This document shows positions 15,069 to 25,002 of a stretch of 28,059 nt of DNA, in pieces. Position 1 is the stretch's first letter; every line of letters begins with the position of its first letter. Source of the DNA: a virus; the IMG/VR virus record IMGVR_UViG_3300036963_000407, positions 1 through 28,059 of that record. One strand, given 5' to 3'. A program made the translations under genes and the position numbers. The notes below the pieces were generated by a model, which saw nothing but the letters and a program-made list of their open reading frames with translations, ran no database searches and was not told where the DNA came from.

Positions 15069-18000
15069 TTATGCATTACTGATTTCTAACTTACCGCCGG
15101 TGCTATTATAGAATGTAAAATTAAATTCACCGTTAAGAAATCCTGCAGTAATTTTTTCTGCTATTTTATTTCCAATTGTTTCTGCCATTTGATTCCATTG
15201 TGCAGTTTGGTCCGCAGTTGATTGAGTAATAGTTCCACCTCTTGTTCCTGATGAAGTAGGTGCCGGGGCACTTTTTGCAGCTGTTGCAGCAGCAACTGAG
15301 AATGATTCAAACTTACTTACATCTAATTTACCCATCGATTCAACAAGCAATTGAACATTTTGGGCCATTGAACCTATAGACGCTGAAATTCTATCAATTC
15401 CATCACTGGATTTTGACATTTTATCTAACGTGTCTATAACCTTTGAGAAAGACTTAAGTTTTGTGTCTATTCTATCTGCACCAGTTAGATCAACTCCCTT
15501 CAATTGTGTTTCAAGACTAGATACGAATTTACTTATAGCTGTAACAATTCCCTTTGTAACAACATCAATTTCTATAGGTTTACTTCCTGGAATAATTTGT
15601 CCATTTTCATCAAGTCTCGGTATTTTTCCATCTTCGCCATAATCTGCAAATTTTTGAATTGTTTCAGAGAATGCCAGTATTCCTGCCAATAAACCACTTT
15701 TTTCTCTTCCACGAGATTTCTTTTCTCCCATAAGAGCTTTAGTAAGTTTGTCCATTTGTGTACGGGAACTACCACCAATGTTAAAGTTAGGGGCTTCATT
15801 ACCCATTTCAGTAGCAAACTTTGAAAATGCAGAAACTATGTTTTTAACAATACTTGTAATAGTTATAGGTTTATTCTTCAGTTCCTTAGGATCAATTATA
15901 GGATCACCTTTAGCGTCATATTCAATAAAGGTCATTTTTCCTGTTGCCCCTAATTCTGCAAAAGTTCGAAGTGTATCAGAAAAATCACTAATGCCTGAAA
16001 GCATACCTTTTTTGCCCATTATTGTTTTCTTGAAAGTATGCATACGTCTTCCAAGTTCACCTTCTCGTCTAAACATTGTTTCTTTACCTACTAATCCTTG
16101 AACGAATAGTGTAAATGCTTTAGTAATATTTGTAACTATTGTTGTTATTGGAACATGTACTCCTTGACCAGTTTCTTCATTTCTTACGAATATTTCACCT
16201 TTAGCCCCAAATTTTGAGAATGTATCTATTGTTTCAGCAAATTCTGAGATACCAGAAATTAATCCTTTTTTACCTACTAAGGATCTGCTTAATATTTTAA
16301 GAGACCTTGCCTGAGTTCTTGTTAAATTTTGTGTATTGTTAATTAATGAATTTAAGAATAATCCAAATGTATCTGCTATTGATTGGGCAATATGAGTTAC
16401 ATGGATTTTTTTGCTGTCATCAATTTTTGGCACTAAATTACCTTCAGCGTCTTCAATATATTCAAGTGAAGCTATTTCACCTACCTTAGAAAATGCTCTC
16501 AATCCTGACGCAAATTTTGACAATGAACCCGCAATATTACCAAAAATTTTAAGAACTCTTTTAACCCTTCTAAATTGGACAATATCTCCTCGATCTAAAT
16601 CAAGACGATTGTCTTGAACAGTTGCATTTGGATCTCCTGTTATTCCACGAATAATACCGTTTAACACAGCATCTACCATATTTGCTATGTTTAATTTAAG
16701 AGCACTTGGTTCAACACCTTCCATAGCCTCTTGAACCCTTTTAATCGATTTCGCAGTCATGATTAATGCAGTAGAAACTCCAAGAAGAGTAACCGCTCCT
16801 ATCAATGTAGGTGCTGAAACTACTGGAAGTCCTAAGCCCCAAAATAGTCCCACAGTTGATAAAACAAATAAACCAAAGGTTCCTAAACCTGCAACTACAT
16901 TACCCATTGTAGCTAAAGCTTTTCCTATTACGCCTCTATCAGTACCATCAGGTCTTTTATCAGTTCCTTTGCTGAACAATGATAAAAGAATTTTTGAAGA
17001 AAATGCAACGGCTAAAACTGCTAATGACATTAATCCCATTACTCCTGCTATTGTTGCTGCTGTATCAGTTCCAGTAGTAATTAATGGCGCAGCTGCACCT
17101 AATAATGCAAATACTCCTACGATACCACCTATAACAAGAAATACTGATGCAACTCCGGCTGTAGCTCCTACCCAACCTTTTCTAGTGCCAAAATCTCCTT
17201 CTTCTGGGCCTTTATTAATTCCTAATATCTTAGGAACTAAGGCAATCGTTATTGCAAATGATAAAATACCTCCAGCAATAAACATAAAAGCAATGCCCAT
17301 ATCTTTAGCGTTTTGAATAGCATCTTTTGATTTTCCTTTTTTACCTCCCGCTTTATCTCCTAATGCTGTTAATTCGGCTAATCCAACTATCGTTAATCCC
17401 ATAAGAAGTACGATACCTGAAACTGCAAATGGAACCAAAATAGCACCGCCTACGCCAAATAATGCCGCAGATAATCCTAATACTATTCCAAATGACATTA
17501 TGCCGCCAGCAATATACATGAGAGCAATTCTCATATCTTTAGCATTTTCAATACCTTCTTTAGTGTATGATTTCTTTCCACTTTCTTCAATTCCAATATC
17601 TTTTCCGAATATTCGCCCTAATCTATCTCCTCCGGCACTTCCTCCTGCAAGTATGGCCATTGAAGCTGCCATTGCAACAGATGTTAGGACCACAAATCCT
17701 AAGACTCCTAGCGGATTAACTTGAAGTAATTGACTTGTAACAACTAAAGCTCCTCCAAATGCAACTAATGCCAAACCCATATATGCCACAGCCATTGAAG
17801 TTTCTTTAGCTACATGGGCAAATCCGGACACTTTTTCTTTAAATGTAGGTTTTTTTGAAGGCATTTCTAATTTATCAATGTTAGTAGAAAGCTCTTTAAG
17901 TTTATCTATATCAAGATTAGCAAGTTCTGTATTTAATGCATAAAGACCGTGGGCAATTAAAAATAAGTTATCTTTAACTGTTGCAGATTTTTTCTCAGAC

Positions 18001-18890
18001 AATAAAGCATTTTTATCAAAATCTTTTCCTGTTATAACGATTAAATCTTTAAATGCACTTAAATCTTTTAAATTAAGATTTTCAAGAGGTTTAAGTTCTT
18101 CATTTAATTTTCTTAAGCTATCAACAAATGATGTTAAATTATTACCAAATTCTAGATTAGTTTTATAATTTCCTAAAAACTCAAAGAATGAATCTTTTTT
18201 CATTTTTGAATTTAGTACGTCTATAAATTGTTTAAAATCTTTAACATTAGCACCAGAAAATTGCTTCATTAATCTTTCAACCGCAACAGAAGCTTTATCC
18301 ATACTATTACTAAATTTTGTAACAATACTAGATGTTAAAGATGAAAATATGGAAGTTTTATCTAAAGGTTGAGATACTATTTGAACAAGATCATTAACTG
18401 TATCGACGTCTATTCGTGTAAGTTGTTTGTTGAATTCTTTAGTATTCTCATAAAGAATTTTAATTTTTTCAGATACAGTTAAAATGTTTTTTGAAGTTTC
18501 GGAACCAAATATTGATTTATCGTCTACACTCTTATCTAATAAATCTATTAATGTATCAAATTCTCCAAATTTAATTTCAGCTAAAGAACTTGATAATTTA
18601 TCGGCGCTTGAACTTAAAATGTCTAAATTTTCTGACATTTTTTTAATAACACCTACGTTTGAACGTAACATAGCCCACTGTTTTAGACTAGTATTGCCTA
18701 ATAGTACGCTTATTAATGAATCTTTTTCTTCAACGCTGGGTTTTTTCTTAAAAACATCTTTAAGACTTCTCTTACCAGTTATCAAATCAGAAAAGGCAGG
18801 TTTAGGTTCAGCAGATTCACCTCCCATCTTTTTTTCGATTTTCGTAAGAACTTGTAAAATACTGGATAATAACTCCGGAGAAGTCTTCAT
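15069..18890 (-). CDS. tail tape measure protein
   Basis: 1273 aa, helical and A/G-rich, with central hydrophobic segments and internal repeats. It lies downstream of sheath, tube and assembly genes. Confidence 0.8.
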   Translation of the reverse strand: MKTSPELLSSILQVLTKIEKKMGGESAEPKPAFSDLITGKRSLKDVFKKKPSVEEKDSLISVLLGNTSLKQWAMLRSNVGVIKKMSENLDILSSSADKLSSSLAEIKFGEFDTLIDLLDKSVDDKSIFGSETSKNILTVSEKIKILYENTKEFNKQLTRIDVDTVNDLVQIVSQPLDKTSIFSSLTSSIVTKFSNSMDKASVAVERLMKQFSGANVKDFKQFIDVLNSKMKKDSFFEFLGNYKTNLEFGNNLTSFVDSLRKLNEELKPLENLNLKDLSAFKDLIVITGKDFDKNALLSEKKSATVKDNLFLIAHGLYALNTELANLDIDKLKELSTNIDKLEMPSKKPTFKEKVSGFAHVAKETSMAVAYMGLALVAFGGALVVTSQLLQVNPLGVLGFVVLTSVAMAASMAILAGGSAGGDRLGRIFGKDIGIEESGKKSYTKEGIENAKDMRIALMYIAGGIMSFGIVLGLSAALFGVGGAILVPFAVSGIVLLMGLTIVGLAELTALGDKAGGKKGKSKDAIQNAKDMGIAFMFIAGGILSFAITIALVPKILGINKGPEEGDFGTRKGWVGATAGVASVFLVIGGIVGVFALLGAAAPLITTGTDTAATIAGVMGLMSLAVLAVAFSSKILLSLFSKGTDKRPDGTDRGVIGKALATMGNVVAGLGTFGLFVLSTVGLFWGLGLPVVSAPTLIGAVTLLGVSTALIMTAKSIKRVQEAMEGVEPSALKLNIANMVDAVLNGIIRGITGDPNATVQDNRLDLDRGDIVQFRRVKRVLKIFGNIAGSLSKFASGLRAFSKVGEIASLEYIEDAEGNLVPKIDDSKKIHVTHIAQSIADTFGLFLNSLINNTQNLTRTQARSLKILSRSLVGKKGLISGISEFAETIDTFSKFGAKGEIFVRNEETGQGVHVPITTIVTNITKAFTLFVQGLVGKETMFRREGELGRRMHTFKKTIMGKKGMLSGISDFSDTLRTFAELGATGKMTFIEYDAKGDPIIDPKELKNKPITITSIVKNIVSAFSKFATEMGNEAPNFNIGGSSRTQMDKLTKALMGEKKSRGREKSGLLAGILAFSETIQKFADYGEDGKIPRLDENGQIIPGSKPIEIDVVTKGIVTAISKFVSSLETQLKGVDLTGADRIDTKLKSFSKVIDTLDKMSKSSDGIDRISASIGSMAQNVQLLVESMGKLDVSKFESFSVAAATAAKSAPAPTSSGTRGGTITQSTADQTAQWNQMAETIGNKIAEKITAGFLNGEFNFTFYNSTGGKLEISNA

Positions 18891-18904
18891 GTAAATGTAA
18901 TAAA

Positions 18905-18919
18905 TTTATTTTATATATC
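18905..18919 (-). promoter_or_regulatory. late-type promoter motif for the tape measure gene
   Basis: GATATATAAAATAAA on the minus strand, just after a terminator. Confidence 0.55.
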
Positions 18920-18929
18920 TCCAATAATG

Positions 18930-18951
18930 AAAAAAGACGCTTTCGCGTCTT
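18930..18951 (-). terminator. intrinsic terminator
   Basis: AAGACGC-GAAA-GCGTCTT followed by TTTT on the minus strand. Confidence 0.85.
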
Positions 18952-19222
18952 AAAGTTTAGGAGTATTAAATGTTGGCATTTTAAATTCTGGGACTTTAAA
19001 GCCTCCCATATTTGGACTCATACTGGGTGGCTTAAAACTTCCTGCGCCTGATTTATCTATCATTCTTCGCTGTTTTTCATATTCAGCATTTTCTCGTTTA
19101 ACATATTCTTCAAATTCTCTTAACAGGAATTGAATACGATAAAATTCGAGTCTTTCAAGCTCTGACGGTGGAATATGAAGTTTATGAGCAAATATAAATT
19201 CAATCTTATTCCAACTGTCCAA
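18950..19222 (-). CDS. small tail-assembly protein (T4 gp51-like or second chaperone part)
   Basis: LHIPPSELERLEFYRIQFLLREFEEYVKRENAE resembles the small proteins that follow gp26-like genes (from recall). TTG start overlapping the upstream gene. Confidence 0.5.
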   Translation of the reverse strand: MDSWNKIEFIFAHKLHIPPSELERLEFYRIQFLLREFEEYVKRENAEYEKQRRMIDKSGAGSFKPPSMSPNMGGFKVPEFKMPTFNTPKL

Positions 19223-20189
19223 ATGGATCTGAAATAAGGAAAAGAGATTTAATCCCGCCTTGAAAGTTTAACGGAGCTGTTTGCTCCACACCCCCTTCAT
19301 CTTTAAACCTAATAACAGGATCAATAGTATCGCTGAATATTTTCTTAAATTGAACCATAAGAGATATTGTCATTATATTCCAACGATTTGAATCCTCGAC
19401 AAGTCTATGATAAACATCATCATTCAATCCTCTCCAGTTACGAATAATAAATGGCGCAAAATTAAGATAATCTTCATCTATAGTTTCTTGCATTCTTTGT
19501 TTTCGAATAATGTAATGTTTTAACCATTGAGTTACTCCTACACTGGGAATATCGAGTTTTAATTCTTGTCCACCTTTGGGCTTAAGAACAAAACATCTTT
19601 CATCTTCATCATAATATCTCATTAACTGAGGATCAAACGTAATATAATTGATCATTTCCTTACGAACATCAATCTTCATTTTATCAGATACTTTAACTTG
19701 AAGTTTGTTTTCTCCGTTAGGAAAAGTTAATTCATGAATAGCAAGAAGAAGATAAAAACGATCAATTTCTTTTATATCTTTCCACGATAAAATTGGGGCT
19801 TTACTTTCAGAAGGTTGATGTTGTTCAACTTTAATAGTTGCACAACGTTCAATAACATAGTTCAACATATCATCAAGAGCTGAAAGATCATCTTCTTGAA
19901 GAGTTGACCAGTGTCTAATTTCAGCACCTGATGCTGAACGAACAGCAACAACTGTATCAGGTGGATAAAATAAGCCCTGAGTAGGAAGATCTTTTATAGG
20001 AATAGGGATCCAACCAATCGTGTTAGCAAGAGGATGCTTTTCTCTCATCCAAGGCATTGATGTCTCAGGAACTTCAGTAATAGGCGGGCCTATACGATCT
20101 TCTTTAGACTTTTTTTCTTTATTAACCACTTCAGTTTCTTTTGCATATTGCTCTAGAATCTTTTCTTGGTTTTCTTTTTCGTTGTCCAT
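19206..20189 (-). CDS. T4 gp26-like baseplate hub/tail assembly (chaperone-like) protein
   Basis: LPTQGLFYP...VRSASGAEIR...DRFYLLLAIHELTF motif series, positioned between tube and tape measure. Confidence 0.6.
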   Translation of the reverse strand: MDNEKENQEKILEQYAKETEVVNKEKKSKEDRIGPPITEVPETSMPWMREKHPLANTIGWIPIPIKDLPTQGLFYPPDTVVAVRSASGAEIRHWSTLQEDDLSALDDMLNYVIERCATIKVEQHQPSESKAPILSWKDIKEIDRFYLLLAIHELTFPNGENKLQVKVSDKMKIDVRKEMINYITFDPQLMRYYDEDERCFVLKPKGGQELKLDIPSVGVTQWLKHYIIRKQRMQETIDEDYLNFAPFIIRNWRGLNDDVYHRLVEDSNRWNIMTISLMVQFKKIFSDTIDPVIRFKDEGGVEQTAPLNFQGGIKSLFLISDPFGQLE

Positions 20190-20199
20190 AGAAATACTT

Positions 20200-20246
20200 T
20201 TATTTTATTATATATTTTAATATAATGAAAAAGTTAACAAGTTTTA
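20200..20246 (-). promoter_or_regulatory. stacked bipartite (TAAAAC-N17-ATATTA) and late-type (AATATATAATAAAA) motifs
   Basis: The bipartite motif spans 20246-20218 and the late-type motif lies at about 20216-20203, upstream of ATG 20189. Confidence 0.4.
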
Positions 20247-21749
20247 AGAAAAATTATCTTTGTTCCATTCCCATTTTATATTCCCTAAGCCCCATATTCT
20301 TGAATATCCTTTCATAGACATAATTTCAGCTTCAGTTTTATTTTTATCAGCACCTTCTTTAACTAATTTATGTTTCATAAATCCGCTTCGATGATAACGT
20401 TGCAAGTTATCAGTCCACCAATAATTTATACCGGTATGACCTTTACATTCAAACCCTAATTTTTCATATACTTTTCCATATCCAATATCCAAACTTGAAA
20501 ATGATAAAACACTAGAAGGAGAATAATTATCTAAAAAATACTTAAACAGTTTTGATGCCGCACCCCTAACATTATAATTTAAAACATTACAAAAACGCAG
20601 CAATTCATATTCATTATCCTGCTGGCTTTTATGATTCACTATTTTTCGTTTTTTTCCAAATGTCATTAAAGAAAATATTTTATCATTATCGTCAACTAGT
20701 GCAATTCGAATACTAGAATTACAGACACCTTGAATATGATTATTTTGCAAAAACATTTTGGCTTCTTTAGCGCTAATTTCCTTTATTTTATATTTTCTTG
20801 CATCTCCCTTATTTGAAACGCCTAATGCATTTAAAATTATGGATTTAACTATGTCTTTTTTAAATTCCCATTCATCACTCCATATCGTTAAAAGTTTTAT
20901 GTCATTATCATGATATGTTTTCCATTTATCATAATGATAATTAACATCTAAGTATTTCTCAGAATGCCAATATAATCCGTTAAATTCTATTCCTAAATTA
21001 AATTCTGGGATAAATAAATCCAACTCAGACCCATATTTTCTAAAATTTCTTTCAACAATTCCTTTATAATGTTCATTTATAAAATCATATATTTCTTGTT
21101 CAGCTTTGCTTGAATAATTGGTTCTAATGTGTTTTTCACAATAGCGTCCAAATCCAAATCCTGGACGTTTCATTAATATTACCAATTCATTGCAATTTTT
21201 TAAAGCACACTTTGGGTGTTCGTGTATGTTATTTTTAAAGAAATATATTTTTTCCGAAAATTGTAATTCTACTTTAGAATCTAAGTTGAATTGATCAACA
21301 ATTTTAAAAAAATGAGGCATATATTTTTTAAAATACTTTTCAGTTTGTTGATTAGAAGATACAAAATAAATTTCATTTAATGCAGTTCTGCAATTTTCAA
21401 TATCTTCCAGCGTTGGGATATAATCCTCAGATAAATAGTATTCATGACATTTTCTGCAATATACTTTATATTTTTCAGGAATCATAACACGACTTTTCAT
21501 TTTATAGTTGTCAATGCGTTGTCTCCCATGTATATTACAGTTGATAAAATGTTTACAAGCTGCGGGATATAGGGTTTTATTTAATTCTTTATTATTTCTT
21601 AAGACTACATGTGTGTTGCCTTCATTATCTTTGCATGTTACATAACCACATACGGAGCGCTGTAATTCTCCGGATATAAATCGAGGATCATCTTTTTTTA
21701 CACGAACAATGTTAAAGCTTGCGTCAACGCATTTTATAAAACCACTCAT
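20244..21749 (-). CDS. Hef-like/Vsr-like free-standing homing endonuclease
   Basis: ELDLFIPEFNLGIEFNGLYWHSE nuclease motif, C-terminal KEISAKEA..FLQNNHIQG...YELLRFC...GAASKL, and N-terminal zinc-binding and DDPRF repeats. Start moved to ATG 21749, since the 21809 start crosses a terminator. Confidence 0.75.
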   Translation of the reverse strand: MSGFIKCVDASFNIVRVKKDDPRFISGELQRSVCGYVTCKDNEGNTHVVLRNNKELNKTLYPAACKHFINCNIHGRQRIDNYKMKSRVMIPEKYKVYCRKCHEYYLSEDYIPTLEDIENCRTALNEIYFVSSNQQTEKYFKKYMPHFFKIVDQFNLDSKVELQFSEKIYFFKNNIHEHPKCALKNCNELVILMKRPGFGFGRYCEKHIRTNYSSKAEQEIYDFINEHYKGIVERNFRKYGSELDLFIPEFNLGIEFNGLYWHSEKYLDVNYHYDKWKTYHDNDIKLLTIWSDEWEFKKDIVKSIILNALGVSNKGDARKYKIKEISAKEAKMFLQNNHIQGVCNSSIRIALVDDNDKIFSLMTFGKKRKIVNHKSQQDNEYELLRFCNVLNYNVRGAASKLFKYFLDNYSPSSVLSFSSLDIGYGKVYEKLGFECKGHTGINYWWTDNLQRYHRSGFMKHKLVKEGADKNKTEAEIMSMKGYSRIWGLGNIKWEWNKDNFS

Positions 21750-21790
21750 TGGTTTTATAATTATATAGATAAAAGCAATTAAAGTTTCAT

Positions 21791-21822
21791 AAAAAAAGCA
21801 ATAACTCATGTTATTGCTTTTT
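21791..21822 (-). terminator. intrinsic terminator after the tail tube gene (bidirectional shape)
   Basis: AAAAAGCAATAAC-TCAT-GTTATTGCTTTTT, a 13-bp stem. Confidence 0.85.
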
Positions 21823-21842
21823 AAACATATCGGTTTTAAGCT

Positions 21843-22439
21843 TTAAACTATTGTTTCATCCCAGTGATCAACTGCAAGTAAGAATCCAGTAACCTTATAT
21901 ATTTCCTCTGATTGATAGCTAAGAGTCATTTCTGGCATAGATGACATTGGGAATACACTGTAACATTTCCATTGCCAAAATGGTCGTCCGGCTCTATCAT
22001 ACATTGTAATCAATACCCATGGCGCCACATAATCTGCTTTAACGCCTGTTCTACCTGTAAGTGGGTCATATACAAGGTCACACCATTTACGAAGTGTTTT
22101 AATTGTATAAGCACTTGGAGTATGATCAACGTTAACTTCAAAATCAATACTTAAGTCCATAGTTGTTTCAGAAGGCTTAGCTCCTGCAAATCTTCTTTGA
22201 GCCCATTTGTAATATTGGGATACAGGTGATGAAGGGAATTTATGTGATTTCAATCCACCAATTTGCTGAATATTTTCAAGAAGAAGGTTTGTATTTTCTT
22301 GTGTCGAACCTATAGCCGCTGGCAACTCAATTTGTATGGTAAACATATTAAGATATATAGGTTCGAAATTTTCTTGCGATGCACGAGAATTTCTAAAGTG
22401 TGATAAACCAAATGTTCCTTGACTAGTAAAATCTGCCAT
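21843..22439 (-). CDS. tail tube protein (T4 gp19-like)
   Basis: 198 aa directly after the sheath, with TLRKWCDLVYDPLTG...DY...ITMYDRAG...W...VFP motifs. Confidence 0.85.
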   Translation of the reverse strand: MADFTSQGTFGLSHFRNSRASQENFEPIYLNMFTIQIELPAAIGSTQENTNLLLENIQQIGGLKSHKFPSSPVSQYYKWAQRRFAGAKPSETTMDLSIDFEVNVDHTPSAYTIKTLRKWCDLVYDPLTGRTGVKADYVAPWVLITMYDRAGRPFWQWKCYSVFPMSSMPEMTLSYQSEEIYKVTGFLLAVDHWDETIV

Positions 22440-22467
22440 ATCGTTTTTCTTATTTTATTTTCATTTT

Positions 22468-24912
22468 TTAGAATACAAATCCTCCGGAACTAATTCCATA
22501 ATCCTTGTTAAGAGTAATTCTATTAACAATTTTCTTAAGAACATCAGTAACCCAAACATTAATGTCTATGATACCAAATCCTTCTGCAATTAGTTCTTTG
22601 GGGTTATTTGTTTCGTCCATCACAACTTCGTATTTTATAAGTGCTCCAGCATCTTTAATAGTTTCAAGAATAGGAGTAATTGAGTTAACAATGTTTAATC
22701 TTGTAACTGCATTATTAAAATCAAAGATGTATTGTCCGATAACGTCTTCTATTTGTATTTCTATAGTATTAAGTAATTCTCTTACGTGCAAGTTATTGAA
22801 ATCACTCTTAATAGTTTGATAAGCTGTAGAGTTTGCATATATCATAATTTGACCTGTTGTTGCCTTTTCAATAATTGAGTTATAGCCAAAAGGTTCAAGT
22901 GAATCACGGTCCTTTTTGTCAATCATGTATTCAACACCGATAACATTTGGGTTGGAAATGATACCGTTTCTATTTGCTACAGCTGCATAAGGATTTCCTC
23001 CTAAGAATTTTTTAACATATGCATTTGCTACGTCTGCTGCAGGAGGAACCATAGATACCTTTCCGCCATCATTGTATTTAAGATAAGGGCCAAATACACC
23101 GCAGTATTTTGAACCATTTTCTTCATCAGGCAATGTAAATCTAAATGATCTTTGCATATCAGGATTTCCTCCTTCTGCAATCCAATCCACATTAAGAGCA
23201 GGCTTAGGATCAACCTCTGGATCAAATCTATCTGAGAAATAAGGATCTGTTGAGGATGCAAAGTGGGCCATTGCAGGTGCATTAAGAAGAGCTGTACACT
23301 TACCTCTAGCCTTTGCTAATCTTGATAAGTATTTTTTACCGCCCAATTGATGTTCAAGACCATAAGCCATAGTATCAACAATATAACGATAAAATATCAT
23401 ATCAGTATTAACCAATCCTCTATGGATTCCTGGATCTTCAAGCATTGAGTAAATCTTTTCTACACCTGCTTCTACTGAAGCTGCACCACTGGTGTTAAAT
23501 CCTGGAAGGTGTTTATTTAGAATGTTGAATCCGTCAAGCTTAATGAATTTATAGTGTGTTGTAATAGTTGGATCATCTATAGGTTTTTGGATAACAACAT
23601 TACCAGCAGTAACATGTTCTGCTGTAGTAATTACATATCCTTCTGATGCACTATTCCAAAGTTTTTCAGTTACATAAGTAACACCTGGAATAACTCCTGG
23701 TTCATCAGTTTTTTGAATAAGAGTTCCCACTGTTACTAAAGCTGCATCTGATGCATCTGTTATTATGAAATTTCTTCCTGTTCCATCAACAGCGCCAACA
23801 GTAATAGTATTATGAATAGTTGTATCCAATACACTGATATCATAGCTTAAAAATCTTGATTGAATGCCATCACTATCAGTTATTAAGTTATGTCCTACAA
23901 GATCAATTTCATAAGGAGCTGCTTCACCAGTTTCACCTATTTGCCAAGCATTACCAACTCTTACAATTTGGTCAAATGCCTGCTGATTAATGTTAATAAC
24001 AAATCCGGTTAAAGCAACATTTGCATTAATGATTTCTTCGATATATTGGTTTGCGCCAGTTTTATCATAAAAATCGGGGATAATACATCCTGTCCATGAG
24101 CCAATAAGATTAACATTAGATGCATTAATAAAGTTATTCAATTTTCTTGGGATAAGACCATCTGCATTAAAGAAGTTGCTGTAATATGGGTCTGTTGAAA
24201 GTCTTCCATAATCTGTCCAATCGCCTTCAACTACAACTACTTGGATAAAATAATCTTTAATATAGTCATAAGGTCGTATCCATTCATAAGGTATATTAGC
24301 CTGTGATCCAAACCAGTCAATAGCAAATACATTATATTGACGTAATGTTGAAGGAGCTTTTCTTACGATAACTGAGTAATTTTTGGGACTCGTATTAACA
24401 AACTGAAGAAGAGGAGAATCATATGCTCCACTAGCATCATATTTATTAATGACTGAAGTTTGAAGATACTCAGGGTCAGGTGTCCAGAATCTATCTCTGT
24501 TAAAAAAGTTAACATAAAAATCTGATGGATATACTCCAGCTGCTAAACTAGCATCAACATCATCAACATTTAATCCTAAACCAACAAATTCAATTTTATC
24601 GCCGTTTTCACGAGTTTCATCAGGTCTAAGTAAGTTTATTGCGATAACAGGAGATGATAACAGACATGTTTGTATAGATCTATGGAAAAACGATCCTTTT
24701 CTTTCTAACTTAGTGTCAAGAGGACCAAAAAATTTTTCAAGATCTCTGTTTGATCTAATAAAAACGGGAGTGTTATAAGGTCCCTGCATTGAAAAGCCAG
24801 GAACTAATCGTAATGCTTGGGCATTAACGATAACACGTTCTGTATTATCAATTTCAACTGTATAAACACCAGCTGATTTAAACTGTGTAAGGTCTAATGC
24901 AATTTTTGCCAT
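22468..24912 (-). CDS. tail sheath protein (T4 gp18-like)
   Basis: SAGVYTVEID N-terminus, GPYNTPVFI, VPPAADVA, and NVRELL-like HVRELLNTIE...QYIFDFN C-terminal sheath domain. Confidence 0.92.
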   Translation of the reverse strand: MAKIALDLTQFKSAGVYTVEIDNTERVIVNAQALRLVPGFSMQGPYNTPVFIRSNRDLEKFFGPLDTKLERKGSFFHRSIQTCLLSSPVIAINLLRPDETRENGDKIEFVGLGLNVDDVDASLAAGVYPSDFYVNFFNRDRFWTPDPEYLQTSVINKYDASGAYDSPLLQFVNTSPKNYSVIVRKAPSTLRQYNVFAIDWFGSQANIPYEWIRPYDYIKDYFIQVVVVEGDWTDYGRLSTDPYYSNFFNADGLIPRKLNNFINASNVNLIGSWTGCIIPDFYDKTGANQYIEEIINANVALTGFVININQQAFDQIVRVGNAWQIGETGEAAPYEIDLVGHNLITDSDGIQSRFLSYDISVLDTTIHNTITVGAVDGTGRNFIITDASDAALVTVGTLIQKTDEPGVIPGVTYVTEKLWNSASEGYVITTAEHVTAGNVVIQKPIDDPTITTHYKFIKLDGFNILNKHLPGFNTSGAASVEAGVEKIYSMLEDPGIHRGLVNTDMIFYRYIVDTMAYGLEHQLGGKKYLSRLAKARGKCTALLNAPAMAHFASSTDPYFSDRFDPEVDPKPALNVDWIAEGGNPDMQRSFRFTLPDEENGSKYCGVFGPYLKYNDGGKVSMVPPAADVANAYVKKFLGGNPYAAVANRNGIISNPNVIGVEYMIDKKDRDSLEPFGYNSIIEKATTGQIMIYANSTAYQTIKSDFNNLHVRELLNTIEIQIEDVIGQYIFDFNNAVTRLNIVNSITPILETIKDAGALIKYEVVMDETNNPKELIAEGFGIIDINVWVTDVLKKIVNRITLNKDYGISSGGFVF

Positions 24913-24968
24913 ATTAACGTTATTATTTTATTCTATTTATTTTTGCCTATTTCGAAAAATAATGCTAA

Positions 24969-24983
24969 TTTTAATTATATATC
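24969..24983 (-). promoter_or_regulatory. late-type promoter motif for the sheath gene
   Basis: GATATATAATTAAAA on the minus strand. Confidence 0.5.
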
Positions 24984-25002
24984 CACATTAAAAACCTTAT
25001 AA

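Noticed and set aside
1663-23282. Antisense or alternate-frame ORFs from the track (e.g. 1663-1884, 3379-3573, 8388-8588, 9319-9585, 10397-10749, 11208-11396, 13986-14206, 15430-18894 set, 20020-20220, 21972-22154, 22505-22819, 23028-23282)
   Set aside because: They lie wholly within well-supported genes, have shadow-like composition and show no motifs.
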